Origin: an uncultured delta proteobacterium
GTDB taxonomy: Bacteria > Desulfobacterota > Desulfobacteria > Desulfobacterales > UBA2156
Assembly (NCBI GenBank): GCA_963736855.1
Contig: CAVTQK010000009.1
Span: 96,001-160,000 of the forward strand
Length of the DNA: 64,000 nucleotides
Direction of reading: 5' to 3'
Positions 29,671 through 39,832 of the stretch are shown piece by piece (the first letter of the stretch is position 1; each line of letters begins with the position of its first letter). The translations under genes and the position numbers were made by a program. The notes beneath the pieces were generated by a model. That model did not search any database. It worked only from the letters and a program-made list of their open reading frames with translations, and was not told where the DNA came from.

Positions 29671-30165
29671 TTATGATGGCAGACCCTTCAGCGGGTTGAT
29701 CCGGGCCTGCCGGACCTTCCAACGGCTGTTTTTCTTTGTCAGGGTCAACTCGAGTTCATAAATGTCGGCCTTTTTGCCCACAGCCGCAATCCATCCTTCC
29801 GGATCGTCGTAAAGCGTCTTGAGGTCGGGAAGGACATAGTCTTTTCGAAGGATTACAAAATACACCGTCGCGATGGCCGTCGTTTTTGGTTCGCCGATAT
29901 CTACCAGGGGTCGGGGATAGTAGAGTTTAAAATTCCCGTAATGCTGGAAAGCCCTGAAAAGAATGCCTCGAACGGCTTTGGGACCATGGTCTCCGGGCTG
30001 AGCTTTGAAATCGGGCGTTGCATATTCCATCAAGGAGCCTATGTCGTGCTTTTCCGCAAAACCGGCTCCTTCCCGAATCACTTGAAGAATCATGGACGCT
30101 TCGTCGCCTGAAGCGCAAGCAAAGAAAAGTAAAAAGAAGCATATGGCAGGTGCAACTTTTTTCAA
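29671..30165 (-). CDS. Probable lipoprotein with NTF2-like fold (TTG start)
   Basis: MKKVAPAICFFLLFFAC lipobox-like N-terminus after GAGG; C-terminal LTLTKKNSRWKV strand pattern. Confidence 0.6.
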   Translation of the reverse strand: MKKVAPAICFFLLFFACASGDEASMILQVIREGAGFAEKHDIGSLMEYATPDFKAQPGDHGPKAVRGILFRAFQHYGNFKLYYPRPLVDIGEPKTTAIATVYFVILRKDYVLPDLKTLYDDPEGWIAAVGKKADIYELELTLTKKNSRWKVRQARINPLKGLPS

Positions 30166-30287
30166 TTCGACCTCAGCGCGATCAAATTCTGAAAAAAATA
30201 TAGCGCGTTTGGAAAGCCGCTTCAAGAAAGAATATCGGGGTCTTGCAAGAGTCGGATTCGGAAGTGCCGTTGATTTTTTTTAAGATA

Positions 30288-30329
30288 TTGACTTAAGTCA
30301 AGGCCAAAGGTTGAAACATCCAATAAGAT
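30288..30329 (+). promoter_or_regulatory. Crp/Fnr (HcpR-type) box plus -10 element, class II promoter of hcp
   Basis: Perfect palindrome TTGACTTAAGTCAA (30288-30301); TAAGAT at 30324-30329 places the box centre at -41.5. Confidence 0.8.
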
Positions 30330-30428
30330 CCTTTCCAGACAAGCGAGAAACCTGAAATGAAATCCCGTGCTCGGTTCAGCCTTTTTTAAAATCGAGCCGG
30401 AAATGAAAATCCCAAAAGGAGGTTTACC

Positions 30429-32057
30429 ATGTTTTGTTTTCAGTGCGAACAGACGGCTAAGGGAGAAGGGTGCACCAAACTGGGCGTATGCGGCAAGCAG
30501 CCCGAGACGGCGGTGCTCCAGGATCTGCTTATTTATACCATGAAGGGGCTGTCCCAGGTGGCGGTGGAGGGACGCAGGAAGGGCATTGTTGACGACGCGG
30601 TCAATAAGCTGAGCGCAGAGGCGATCTTTTCCACCCTGACTAATGTGGATTTCGATTCGGATCGTTTCGTGGCCCTGATCCGGGAAGTGGTTGCTCAGAG
30701 GGAGACCCTCAAGAAAAAGGTCCGGTCCGCCGGCGGGAATACCGATTTCGGCGGCGGTCCGGCCAATTTTATGCCGGCAGCCACTAAAGAAGAGATGATC
30801 GCCCAAGGAGAAAAAGTCGGTGTCAAATCCGATCCGAGCATCGACCCGGACGTTTTAGGACTGAGGGAACTCTTGATTTACGGCCTCAAGGGGGTGGCCG
30901 CCTATGCCGATCATGCTCTGATTCTGGGACAAAAGGACGATGCGGTTTATGCGTTTATCCATGAGGCGCTGGCCGCCACGATGGACAAAGGCCTGGGAGT
31001 CAATGACTTCGTGAAGCGGGTTCTGAAATGCGGTGAGGTCAATCTGCGTGCCATGGAACTCCTCGACGCAGGCAACACCGGGACTTTCGGACATCCGGTA
31101 CCCACGGCCGTTCCGCTTGGCCATAAAAAGGGGAAGGCCATCCTGATTTCCGGCCATGATCTCAAGGATCTGGACACTTTACTCCAGCAAACCCAGGGAA
31201 AGGGCATCTACATATACACTCACGGGGAGATGCTTCCGTGCCATGGGTATCCCAAGCTCAAGAAATACCCGCATTTTTTCGGCCACTATGGAACGGCATG
31301 GCAGAATCAGGCTAAGGAATTTGATACATTTCCCGGCGCCATCCTGATGACCACCAACTGCATCCAGAAACCCCGGGATTCCTATAAAGATCGAATTTTT
31401 ACCACTGGATTGGTGGGTTGGCCCGGGGTGACCCATGTTTCCAATGGGGATTTTTCACCGGTGATCCGAAAGGCCCTGGAGCTTCCCGGGTTTGTCGAGG
31501 ACAACGAAACGAAATCGGTCATGGTGGGCTTTGCCCGAAACGCTGTACTTGGTGTGGCCGGAAAGGTCATCGAAGCCGTTAAAAGCAAAGCGATCCGCCA
31601 CTTTTTCCTGGTGGGCGGGTGTGACGGCGCCAAGCCGGGACGGGATTACTACACGCAGTTTGTGGAGCAGGTGCCCAAGGACTGCATGGTGCTCACGCTG
31701 GCCTGCGGAAAGTTCCGCTTTTTCGACAAAGACCTTGGAAATATCGGCGGAATCCCTCGCCTGTTGGACATCGGGCAGTGCAACGATGCCTATTCGGCCA
31801 TTCAGATCGCATCGGCCCTGGCCGGAGCCTTCAACTGCGGGGTCAATGACCTGCCGCTTTCGATGATTCTGTCATGGTATGAGCAGAAGGCGGTCGCCAT
31901 CCTCCTGACGCTGCTCCATTTGGGGATAAAAAACATTCGCCTGGGGCCCAGCCTCCCCGCATTTGTTACTCCCAACGTGTTGAAAGTTTTAGTGGAAAAT
32001 TTCAATATCATGCCCATCAGCACCCCGGAACAGGACCTGAAAGCCATTCTGGGATAA
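30429..32057 (+). CDS. hcp: Hybrid cluster protein (hydroxylamine/NO reductase)
   Basis: MFCFQCEQT..GCTKLGVCGK, ISGHDL, YTHGEMLP, GGCDG, GQCNDAYS and LSWYEQKA motifs. Confidence 0.98.
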   Translation: MFCFQCEQTAKGEGCTKLGVCGKQPETAVLQDLLIYTMKGLSQVAVEGRRKGIVDDAVNKLSAEAIFSTLTNVDFDSDRFVALIREVVAQRETLKKKVRSAGGNTDFGGGPANFMPAATKEEMIAQGEKVGVKSDPSIDPDVLGLRELLIYGLKGVAAYADHALILGQKDDAVYAFIHEALAATMDKGLGVNDFVKRVLKCGEVNLRAMELLDAGNTGTFGHPVPTAVPLGHKKGKAILISGHDLKDLDTLLQQTQGKGIYIYTHGEMLPCHGYPKLKKYPHFFGHYGTAWQNQAKEFDTFPGAILMTTNCIQKPRDSYKDRIFTTGLVGWPGVTHVSNGDFSPVIRKALELPGFVEDNETKSVMVGFARNAVLGVAGKVIEAVKSKAIRHFFLVGGCDGAKPGRDYYTQFVEQVPKDCMVLTLACGKFRFFDKDLGNIGGIPRLLDIGQCNDAYSAIQIASALAGAFNCGVNDLPLSMILSWYEQKAVAILLTLLHLGIKNIRLGPSLPAFVTPNVLKVLVENFNIMPISTPEQDLKAILG

Positions 32058-32064
32058 ATCAGAT

Positions 32065-32095
32065 AAAAAAGCCGGAGGGGGTCATCCCTTCCGGC
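32065..32095. terminator. Intrinsic terminator between convergent genes
   Basis: GCCGGAGGG/CCCTTCCGGC stem with an A6 run on the left (U-tract on the minus strand). Confidence 0.7.
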
Positions 32096-32136
32096 AATTA
32101 AACACGCCATGATTTCAATAGGCGCCTGATCCCTGT

Positions 32137-32535
32137 CTATTCCTCAAATTTCAGGAAAAGCACACCCTTTTCATTATCCACCGTAAGGCCGGCTTCTCCC
32201 CATTCGTAGATCTTGCAATCATGGCTTTCCGGTGTCGGATGCGAACAACCGATGAACGGCAAAACCGGGTCTCCGACCTGAGACTTGAAGTTGAGCATCA
32301 TCGCCGATGTTTTTGGGAAACGTTCCACCCCTAATAGTTGATGAATGAAAATGGAAGATCGGCCTTCGAAAAAGCCTCCCGATTCTCTGATTGATGAGAT
32401 TTTTTCCCGGAAGCGGTCGATTGCCTTTTCGGTGGTTGCCGCATCCACGATGAGGGTGAATTCCCCGTGACGGCGTTGGGACTCCTCGGACTTTTCCTGA
32501 TCGGAAAGGTATATAAAACTCCCTGCGTAAATCAT
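32137..32535 (-). CDS. Hypothetical protein
   Basis: 132 aa ORF with RBS GGGAGG; follows the SLOG gene. Confidence 0.7.
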   Translation of the reverse strand: MIYAGSFIYLSDQEKSEESQRRHGEFTLIVDAATTEKAIDRFREKISSIRESGGFFEGRSSIFIHQLLGVERFPKTSAMMLNFKSQVGDPVLPFIGCSHPTPESHDCKIYEWGEAGLTVDNEKGVLFLKFEE

Positions 32536-32562
32536 GTCATTGCCTCCCTTTTTCGGATTCAG

Positions 32563-33390
32563 TCATTTGACGATCCGCAACACGTGGGTCTTTTTGAGCT
32601 TTTTCCACAGCTCCCGGATGATGACCATCGAGGCCTCGTCCCGGTTGAGGGTGGTTTTACCGGCATGGTTCATACAGGACTTCAGCAGCCCCGGAGTAAC
32701 GCACCACAGTGTCAGTCGGTTCCGGATATATTGGCCCAGAGTCGATTTTAGAATCGGGAGGTTGTCTTCCGTCATATTGGCCAGGGTGGTCTTATCCCTC
32801 AAAGACATGACCGGCAACAATTGGTTCACCGCCTCATCGACGGTTTTGGGAAGGGTGTTTACCTGTCGATCTGCTCCCTTTCCTGAAACCGGTGCTTCCG
32901 TGCTGGGTATTGGCTTCTTTTCCCCCAGATTCAGGGTGTATGCGGCTTCAAGGATTTCCAGAACATTATTGTAAATGGCCGGGTCCCGGCTGGCCCTGGG
33001 GCCGGCCACGTTGAGGATTTCCACGCCGTTTTCTGCAACCCAGGCGCTGATTTTTTGGGCAGCTTCGAATTTTGACATTTTATTCAAGTCGATATGAAGC
33101 CATGGACGCGCGTGCTGAAGGGCCATGTCCCGCGTGTAAGCCGACCCACCCGAAAGCTTGCCGTGGGAGAGGATCACTGTTCCATCCGAGTCGATGACGT
33201 TTTGCTCGGTACGGTCCTGGTAATTGCCCGTAGGCATCTCTTCCAGATGATATTTCTCAGGAAGCGGACCGTCTTCCGTGAGTCGCCCTCTGGGGGCCCA
33301 TCCACCGTGGGGAATGTCCAGTTTGATGGCAACATCCAAGGCGGCCTGGTCCGCCCCGGTTTGACCACCCGATACGATCTTCTTAATCAT
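32563..33390 (-). CDS. Putative molybdenum carrier / SLOG-family protein with an extra C-terminal domain
   Basis: KIVSGGQTGADQAALD, HGGW.P.GR.TEDG, RTEQNVIDSDGT and LNVAGPRAS motifs. Confidence 0.85.
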   Translation of the reverse strand: MIKKIVSGGQTGADQAALDVAIKLDIPHGGWAPRGRLTEDGPLPEKYHLEEMPTGNYQDRTEQNVIDSDGTVILSHGKLSGGSAYTRDMALQHARPWLHIDLNKMSKFEAAQKISAWVAENGVEILNVAGPRASRDPAIYNNVLEILEAAYTLNLGEKKPIPSTEAPVSGKGADRQVNTLPKTVDEAVNQLLPVMSLRDKTTLANMTEDNLPILKSTLGQYIRNRLTLWCVTPGLLKSCMNHAGKTTLNRDEASMVIIRELWKKLKKTHVLRIVK

Positions 33391-33441
33391 GACTGTGTTC
33401 CTGTTCGAAGGAAAAAGAATAACAGATAAATCCGTTCTATT

Positions 33442-33635
33442 TTGACTAAATCGTAAAAAAGCTATTATTGCTCGCTTCGTGACCATTTTCGGGAGATGCT
33501 CACGGCTTCTCTAAATTTCAAGAACTCGGCGCAAGCGCCTCACACAGCTTGAAATTATTAACGCTCAGCCATTCGCATCTCTTTTTCCGAAAATACTCAA
33601 ATCTCGCTTGCAAAAGCTTTTTACGAAGACCTCAA
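33442..33635. mobile_element. MITE/REP-like non-autonomous element with terminal inverted repeats and a nested hairpin
   Basis: TTGA-N5-TCGTAAAAAAGCT ... AGCTTTTTACGA-N5-TCAA ends; five nested internal stems; no transposase. Confidence 0.65.
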
Positions 33636-33660
33636 TTTTTATCCCAAGTTTCCACCATGG

Positions 33661-34383
33661 TCAAGGGGCTGTAGAACCGGCAAAGATGCGTCGTACTTTC
33701 AGGTTCAGCATCTCGACGAAGACCGAAAACGCCATGGCAAAGTAGATATACCCTTTGGCGATATGCTGGCCGAATCCCTCTGCGATCAACGTGACGCCGA
33801 TGAGGAGCAAAAATGCGAGGGCGAGCATTTTAATCGTGGGGTGTCGCTCCACGAAATGACTGATGATCGAAGCGAAAAACATCATAAAGATAACCGCCAC
33901 GATGATGGCGGTGATCATGATGCCCACGTGATTGGCCATACCCACCGCGGTGATGACGGAATCCAGGGAGAAGATGATATCGAGCATCATGATCGCTACC
34001 AGAACCCCCACAAAGGAGGCAGCGGCTCGGGAGACGGTTTTGTCCTTAGGCCCTTCCAGGCGGCCGTGGATTTCATGGGTACTCTTTGCCACCAGGAATA
34101 ATCCGCCTGAAAGCAGAATGAGATCCCTTCCGGAGAAGGGTTTTCCCCAGACGGCAAACCAGGGGCTGGTCAGCTTCATGATCCAGGTGATAGACAACAG
34201 AAGCAGAATCCTCGTGATCATGGCAAGGGCGAGACCCAGGGTTCGGGCTTTTCCCTGCTGGTCGGCCGGCAGCTTTCCCGCTAGAATTGAGATAAAGACG
34301 ATATTGTCGATACCTAAAACGATTTCCAGGGCGGTCAGGGTCGCCAGGGCGATCCAGGATTCGGGTTGGGTGATCCAGTGCAT
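33661..34383 (-). CDS. TerC-family membrane protein
   Basis: LEIVLGIDNIVFI, DIIFSLDSVITAVG and KGYIYFAMAFS motifs. Confidence 0.95.
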   Translation of the reverse strand: MHWITQPESWIALATLTALEIVLGIDNIVFISILAGKLPADQQGKARTLGLALAMITRILLLLSITWIMKLTSPWFAVWGKPFSGRDLILLSGGLFLVAKSTHEIHGRLEGPKDKTVSRAAASFVGVLVAIMMLDIIFSLDSVITAVGMANHVGIMITAIIVAVIFMMFFASIISHFVERHPTIKMLALAFLLLIGVTLIAEGFGQHIAKGYIYFAMAFSVFVEMLNLKVRRIFAGSTAP

Positions 34384-34632
34384 GGGTTTTCTTCCTTATT
34401 CAAAACGGATGATAATAGAAACTCTGTTAATGAACCGGATCTGAGGTATCCAGAAAGGAATTGCCTCAAATCGCCGATCATTGCAAGTGCTCTATTTTAG
34501 ATTATCCGGAAATTTTTCCGATTCAAAAAGGTTAAAGGCGGACTTGAAAGATATTGACAGACCGGGGTCCGTTTCGATAGTCAAAAATGCTTATTAAGAT
34601 AATATGTTTCACCAGATCAACCTCATTCAACC

Positions 34633-35658
34633 ATGGACTTCGGGATGCTGTCGGATACGGAAAACAAGCTTCAGGCCTGCCTTGAAATCGGCAAAACCCT
34701 CATCGCTACGTTTAAAATTCAGGAAATCCTGGAGCTCATCATGACCAAGATCAGCCAGTTGATCCCGGCTCACAACTGGTCGTTATTGCTGGAAGATGAG
34801 TCAACGGGCGAATTGCGGTTTGAAATCGTCGTGGGGATCGACAAAAGCGAGGTCAGAAATATTCGGATCCGGCCAGGGGAAGGAATTGCCGGCACCGTTT
34901 TTTCCTCGGGGAAACCGATTTTCATACCCGACGCCCAAAATGATACAAGGTTCAACCGTAAGGTGGACCAGGAAACGGGTTTTGTCACCCGGTCGATTTA
35001 TTGTGTTCCTGTTCAAGCAAAAGAAAGAGTCCTGGGGGTCATCGAAATCATCAATGTGAATGATGTGGACACCTTCGAGGATCGGTATCTTTCGATACTT
35101 ACCATCCTATCCGATTATGTGGCCATCGCCGTTGAAAACGCTCAGCTTTTTGCTCAGGTGGAGCGGCTCAGCATCACGGACGAATATACGGGACATTACA
35201 ACGCCCGGTATCTGCACCAGAACCTCGGGAGGTTTATCGCCGAGGCTGACCGGTCCGGGAAGGGCTTGACGGTGGCCTTTGTTGATATCGATGATTTCAA
35301 GGCCATCGTTGATACCCACGGTCACCTGGCGGCCGGACAGGTCTTGAAGGAAGTGGCCGGCACCATTGCCTCCCGGCTTTCCCGACAGGATGTTTTGATC
35401 AAGTACGGCGGAGATGAATATGTCCTGATATTCAGGAATAAGGGGCGGACCGAGGCGGTGGAACAAATGGATTCAATCGTACAGGCCATTAAAGAATCCA
35501 GGTACCTGATTTCCGAGACTCCGGACCTGACACTCACCGCCTCCTTCGGCATGGCGTTTTATCCCGAAGACGCCAAGACGGAAAAGGATCTGCTCATCCT
35601 TGCGGACAACGCCATGTTCGCCGCGAAACGGGCCCGTAAAAAGGGCCATTTACGTTGA
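34633..35658 (+). CDS. GAF-GGDEF diguanylate cyclase
   Basis: GAF (GEGIAG..VD..TGFVTRSI), DIDDFK..D.HGH and KYGGDEY; no RxxD I-site. Confidence 0.92.
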   Translation: MDFGMLSDTENKLQACLEIGKTLIATFKIQEILELIMTKISQLIPAHNWSLLLEDESTGELRFEIVVGIDKSEVRNIRIRPGEGIAGTVFSSGKPIFIPDAQNDTRFNRKVDQETGFVTRSIYCVPVQAKERVLGVIEIINVNDVDTFEDRYLSILTILSDYVAIAVENAQLFAQVERLSITDEYTGHYNARYLHQNLGRFIAEADRSGKGLTVAFVDIDDFKAIVDTHGHLAAGQVLKEVAGTIASRLSRQDVLIKYGGDEYVLIFRNKGRTEAVEQMDSIVQAIKESRYLISETPDLTLTASFGMAFYPEDAKTEKDLLILADNAMFAAKRARKKGHLR

Positions 35659-35745
35659 GACTGCACGTAGTGTTGTGTATGTAAAGCCGTTACTGAGACA
35701 CAATATTAAGTAATTACCTTATAACTTCGCTGCGTCCCTTCAGGC

Positions 35746-36772
35746 TTAACTTCCGATTTTTCGGGCCTTTTTAGCTGCATACAGCGCTTCGTCGGCCTTT
35801 TTGAGAAGGGTTCTGGAGTCGCCGATTCCTGCATCTTCCACCGAAGCGACCCCGTAACTAAAAGAAACGGGCATGCTCTTCCCCCCTAACTGGAGGGGGT
35901 GATCCGCAAAATGAGCACATATCCGCTCCATAAGAAGCTGTGCACTCTTTTTATCCGTTTCCGGCAAAAGGATGAGGAATTCATCCCCGGCATACCGGGC
36001 CACTACATCGATCTTTCGGCAGAACCCGGAAAGTTTTTGGGCCAGGTATTTCAGGACTTCGTCGCCGACACCGTGGCCTTGGATGTCGTTGACTTCTTTA
36101 AAGTGGTCCAGATCCAGAAAGACCAGTGAAAGACTCGTGCGGTAGCGTCTTGCCCGCAGGTATTCCCTTTCCAGGACGGAATCCATCACGCGTCGATTGA
36201 GCAATCCGGTCAAAGGATCGTGGAAGGCGAGAAACCGTACTTTCTCATGGGCGATCACGTTGGAAAGGCAGAGCGAGACCTTTACGGCAAGCTGTTCCAG
36301 GAGACTCGTGTCGATGCCGGGACGAAATCGGTCAGGGGAAGGATCGCCCTGATTCATGCTGCCGATGATGTTCCCGTCTAGGGCAATAGGAGCGATGGCG
36401 ATGGAGCATACCGGGAATACTCCGCGCTTCCGGGAAAAGGGGAATAAACCGACTCAAATCTCCGTTGACCAGAACCGGTTCGCTTTGCATTCCGGTCAGA
36501 TTCTCAAAGGTTTTCTTGTCCACGATATTCAGATGTTTCTTGAGTTTTTCGGAAGCGCTAAGCTTCTCGATGAAACCGGCAAGTTCGCTTTTTCCGATCA
36601 GCGATATCCAGGAGTAGGGGATTTTGAATTGATTGCGGATCTCTGCCAGAAGGACCTCGACGAGACTGGAAAAGTCCAGTATGGTCAGAATCCGCTTTTC
36701 GATCTCGAAAAATTTACGGGCGATTTCTTCGTTGTTCCTGACAATTTCCAGTATCGTTTTCAGATCCGGCAT
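35746..36772 (-). CDS. DUF484/GAF-like plus GGDEF diguanylate cyclase; one frameshift near 36400-36440
   Basis: ORFs 36332-36772 and 35746-36357 join via CSIAIAPIALDGNIIGSMNQGD; DPLTGLLNRR, DLDHFKEVND, RKID I-site and RYAGDEF. Confidence 0.85.
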
Positions 36773-37146
36773 GGAGTCTTTTCAAGGGGGATGAGAAATC
36801 ATCGCCCCTCCTTTATCGCACTGGCCGCGCATTCGTTTTTCCGAGATCCATGGCGTCCTGCTCCTCTTCGTCTACCTCGATCAATCCGGCGTTGATCTCC
36901 CGGATCCTGGCGCTTTGGCGAAATCCGCGTAGGCATCGATGTTTTTCGCCGGGTCGAATACCATCATCTGAGAGTCGGAAATCAACCCGTAGCTGCAGGA
37001 GGCTTTCCTCGATCTGCGGAGCCCTTCCACTCGTTGAAAAAATATATATCAGGATCTTCGTTCTTGTCAAAAGCAGTTAGTTGTGACCCAATAGGGCGGA
37101 AAACCTTTTTTATCTTGAATAAATCATATCTAAAAAGGTTTAAAAA

Positions 37147-38736
37147 TCAGGGCAAGTAGCCGCGAGCCAGGGTTGTGAAGCGTTTTACCTGCTCCAGACA
37201 CCAGGAGTCGTCCCTTCCTAAGGCTTTAGACAGAATTTCCGCTACCCTGGGCGCCATCCGGATGCCGGCAGCCGCGTCACGGATCAAGACGCGCCTCCTG
37301 CGGGATAGAAAGTCTTCCAGAGTCCGGACCATCTCGTTTTTAACGGCCCAAAGGATTTCTCCCGCGAAAACGTCCAAAGCAGGGTCGATTTTTTCCCGGG
37401 AAGCATCGTTTTGGTTAATGCACTCACGGACGGCAGGGGCATCGGAGCCGTAAATGGCAAGGTTTCCGAAAGGTGCAGGGTCTTCGTGGTATCCGTGAAT
37501 TTTCAGCTCCTGTGTGGTGCATGGCTTAGGGTCAAGCTGGCCGATAACGGCGGCCTGGTCCACCGTTTCCTCGGCCATTTTACGATAGGTTGTCCATTTG
37601 CCGCCGGTGGTGGTGATCAGGCCGGAACGGGAGATGGAAAGGACATGGTCTCTCGAAAGGGCAGCCGTATCGGAACCTTGCTGTCCTACCAGAGGGCGGA
37701 TTCCGGCGAACATGCTCCGGATATCCTCTTTTCCAGGATCCTTCGTGAGGTAGCGGGAGGAGTGTGAGATCAGAAAATCGATCTCCTCCGAGAGAGGGGC
37801 CGGCTCGAGGCTCACCTTTTCAAGGGGTGTGTCGGTGGTGCCGACGATGACCCTATCGTGCCAGGGAATGGCGAACAGGACCCGACCGTCGTCCGTATGC
37901 GGCACCATGATGGCACTGTCCCCGGGCAGAAACGATTTATCCAGGACGATATGCACCCCCTGGCTCGGCTGAATCATGGCGTGTGAGGCCGGATCATCCA
38001 TCCTGCGGATACTGTCACAAAAAGGACCTGTGGCATTGATCACCGCTCTCGCCTTGAGGGTGTATTCCGTTCCGGTTTCGACATCGCACGCAATGACGCC
38101 GTCGATGAAGTCATCTTTCTTTAAGAGGGCTTCGACCCGCATGTAGTTGACCAGGACAGCACCCTGTTCCCAGGCGGTCTGGGCGAGGTTGATGGCCAGG
38201 CGCGCGTCATCGAATTGGCCGTCGTGGTAAATCACGCCGCATTTCAGGCCGAGCGTTTCCACCGTCGGGATACGCTTCAGCGTTTCTTTCCGGGACAAAA
38301 TCTCGGAGCTGCCGAATCCCTCTTTTCCGGCCAGCATGTCGTAGATCTTCAGACCGATGCCGTAAAACGGTCCCTCCCACCAGTCATAATTGGGCACTAC
38401 GAAGGGCAGATTAAACACCAGATGCGGCGCATTGCGGCGAAGACGCCCTCGCTCTTTCAGGGCCTCCACGATGAGGGAGAGATTTCCCTGCTGGAGGTAA
38501 CGCACCCCGCCATGAATCAGTTTCGTGCTCCGGCTCGAGGTCCCTTGGGCAAAATCCCCTTGCTCTAAAAGGAGCGTGGCATAGCTCCGGGTGGCGGCAT
38601 CTAAAGCCGTTCCCAATCCGGTTGCGCCGCCTCCGATGATGATGAGATCCCATCGCTTCGCTTTTTCCTTAAGCTGCGCAATCCCCGTCTCCCGCTCCAT
38701 ATAATTTGAGCCATCCATAATTTTTTGCATTTCCAT
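37147..38736 (-). CDS. glpD: FAD-dependent glycerol-3-phosphate dehydrogenase (start uncertain)
   Basis: IIGGGATGLG, GTSSRSTKLIHGGVRYL, DGQFDDARL and GGKWTTYRKMAE motifs. Confidence 0.95.
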   Translation of the reverse strand: MEMQKIMDGSNYMERETGIAQLKEKAKRWDLIIIGGGATGLGTALDAATRSYATLLLEQGDFAQGTSSRSTKLIHGGVRYLQQGNLSLIVEALKERGRLRRNAPHLVFNLPFVVPNYDWWEGPFYGIGLKIYDMLAGKEGFGSSEILSRKETLKRIPTVETLGLKCGVIYHDGQFDDARLAINLAQTAWEQGAVLVNYMRVEALLKKDDFIDGVIACDVETGTEYTLKARAVINATGPFCDSIRRMDDPASHAMIQPSQGVHIVLDKSFLPGDSAIMVPHTDDGRVLFAIPWHDRVIVGTTDTPLEKVSLEPAPLSEEIDFLISHSSRYLTKDPGKEDIRSMFAGIRPLVGQQGSDTAALSRDHVLSISRSGLITTTGGKWTTYRKMAEETVDQAAVIGQLDPKPCTTQELKIHGYHEDPAPFGNLAIYGSDAPAVRECINQNDASREKIDPALDVFAGEILWAVKNEMVRTLEDFLSRRRRVLIRDAAAGIRMAPRVAEILSKALGRDDSWCLEQVKRFTTLARGYLP

Positions 38737-38791
38737 CAGCTTGCAATCGCTTTAGCTATCGCGCGATGTGCTGAAGAAAAAAATCGAACTC

Positions 38792-39712
38792 TCACGGATT
38801 CCTTAAAAAGGATTCCAGAACCCGGGCCATCTCCGGGGTGCGCAGATAGCCATAGTCCTTATGGGGGTTTCTTACACCCGCCATGGCGTAATCGTTTCGG
38901 ACATAGGTGTCCATGGGCCGCACGCCATAGATGTTGGGCTTAAAATCGTCGAACAACCGGTGGTCTAATGCGACTTTGTCTTCGATGTCCGAAAAATTAA
39001 ACCAGCGCTTCCGGATGCTGTCCGGACACCGGATGCTGTCCGGAACGAAAGATCCTTTTCCGGCATAGTGTTCCGTGTAGATACGATGGACCACCACAGG
39101 TAATCCCAGCGGAGATCCAATCGTCACCAAGGTATCGACGGCCACTTCCGAATATGCCGAAAGCAGCACATCGAAGGCGATGACCGACCCCATGGAATGC
39201 GCGATAAGGAGGATCTCGTTGTTCCGATGGCGTTTCAGTACCTTCAAAAGCCGTTGTCGGATTAAAGTTTTTACCGGACGGTCTCCTCCATTTTTTGTGG
39301 GGACCGTTTTGGAATAGTAGGTCTCGAATTCGGAGAAATACCGGCGGATGATCAGATCGCTGATGAAAGTGAAGTTCGGCTTAAACTCATGATCCCAAAA
39401 AATTTTTTCCAGGCTCCGCTCAACGGATTCAATAAATTTTTCCTTTAAGGGTGAAACGGGTTTTGGTTCTTTGCGGGGCGGCTTAACGTATTTTTCATCC
39501 AAAAACAAGGGATGACCTGTGTCTTTTTGCCATGGGTCCAGGGGAATCGGGTTCAGGATATCGGCCCAGTATGCCGGCTCGAAGGGAAAGGAAATCTCGC
39601 GGGTCCCGATCTTTTTCAACCCGTCCTGGAGGGATCGCTTCCACCAGGTCTTAAAAAGCCTCCTGGGCGGCTTGTTTCCCAGTCCATGAATACCGATGAC
39701 GATTTTTTTCAT
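38792..39712 (-). CDS. Alpha/beta-hydrolase fold protein
   Basis: IHGLGN, nucleophile elbow AHSMG, TIGSPLG, DKVA and NPHKDYGYL. Confidence 0.75.
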   Translation of the reverse strand: MKKIVIGIHGLGNKPPRRLFKTWWKRSLQDGLKKIGTREISFPFEPAYWADILNPIPLDPWQKDTGHPLFLDEKYVKPPRKEPKPVSPLKEKFIESVERSLEKIFWDHEFKPNFTFISDLIIRRYFSEFETYYSKTVPTKNGGDRPVKTLIRQRLLKVLKRHRNNEILLIAHSMGSVIAFDVLLSAYSEVAVDTLVTIGSPLGLPVVVHRIYTEHYAGKGSFVPDSIRCPDSIRKRWFNFSDIEDKVALDHRLFDDFKPNIYGVRPMDTYVRNDYAMAGVRNPHKDYGYLRTPEMARVLESFLRNP

Positions 39713-39832
39713 GAAAATACCGGAACCTCGGGTTGATGATCCGAATCTTCAGCAAAAACAAACCCCGATACCTTTCAGGATGCTTTTCCGGTTTGATCCT
39801 CCGGATTTAAAAAACCTCATTTCCTTTCTCTT

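Noticed and set aside
34384..34632. yybP-ykoY (Mn) riboswitch expected upstream of TerC
   Set aside because: I found no GGGAGTAG-type core or matching structure on the minus strand.
36813..37070. 85-aa minus-strand ORF between glpD and the GGDEF gene
   Set aside because: It has a weak start and no recognisable motif. It may be a frameshifted gene remnant, but I cannot support a call.
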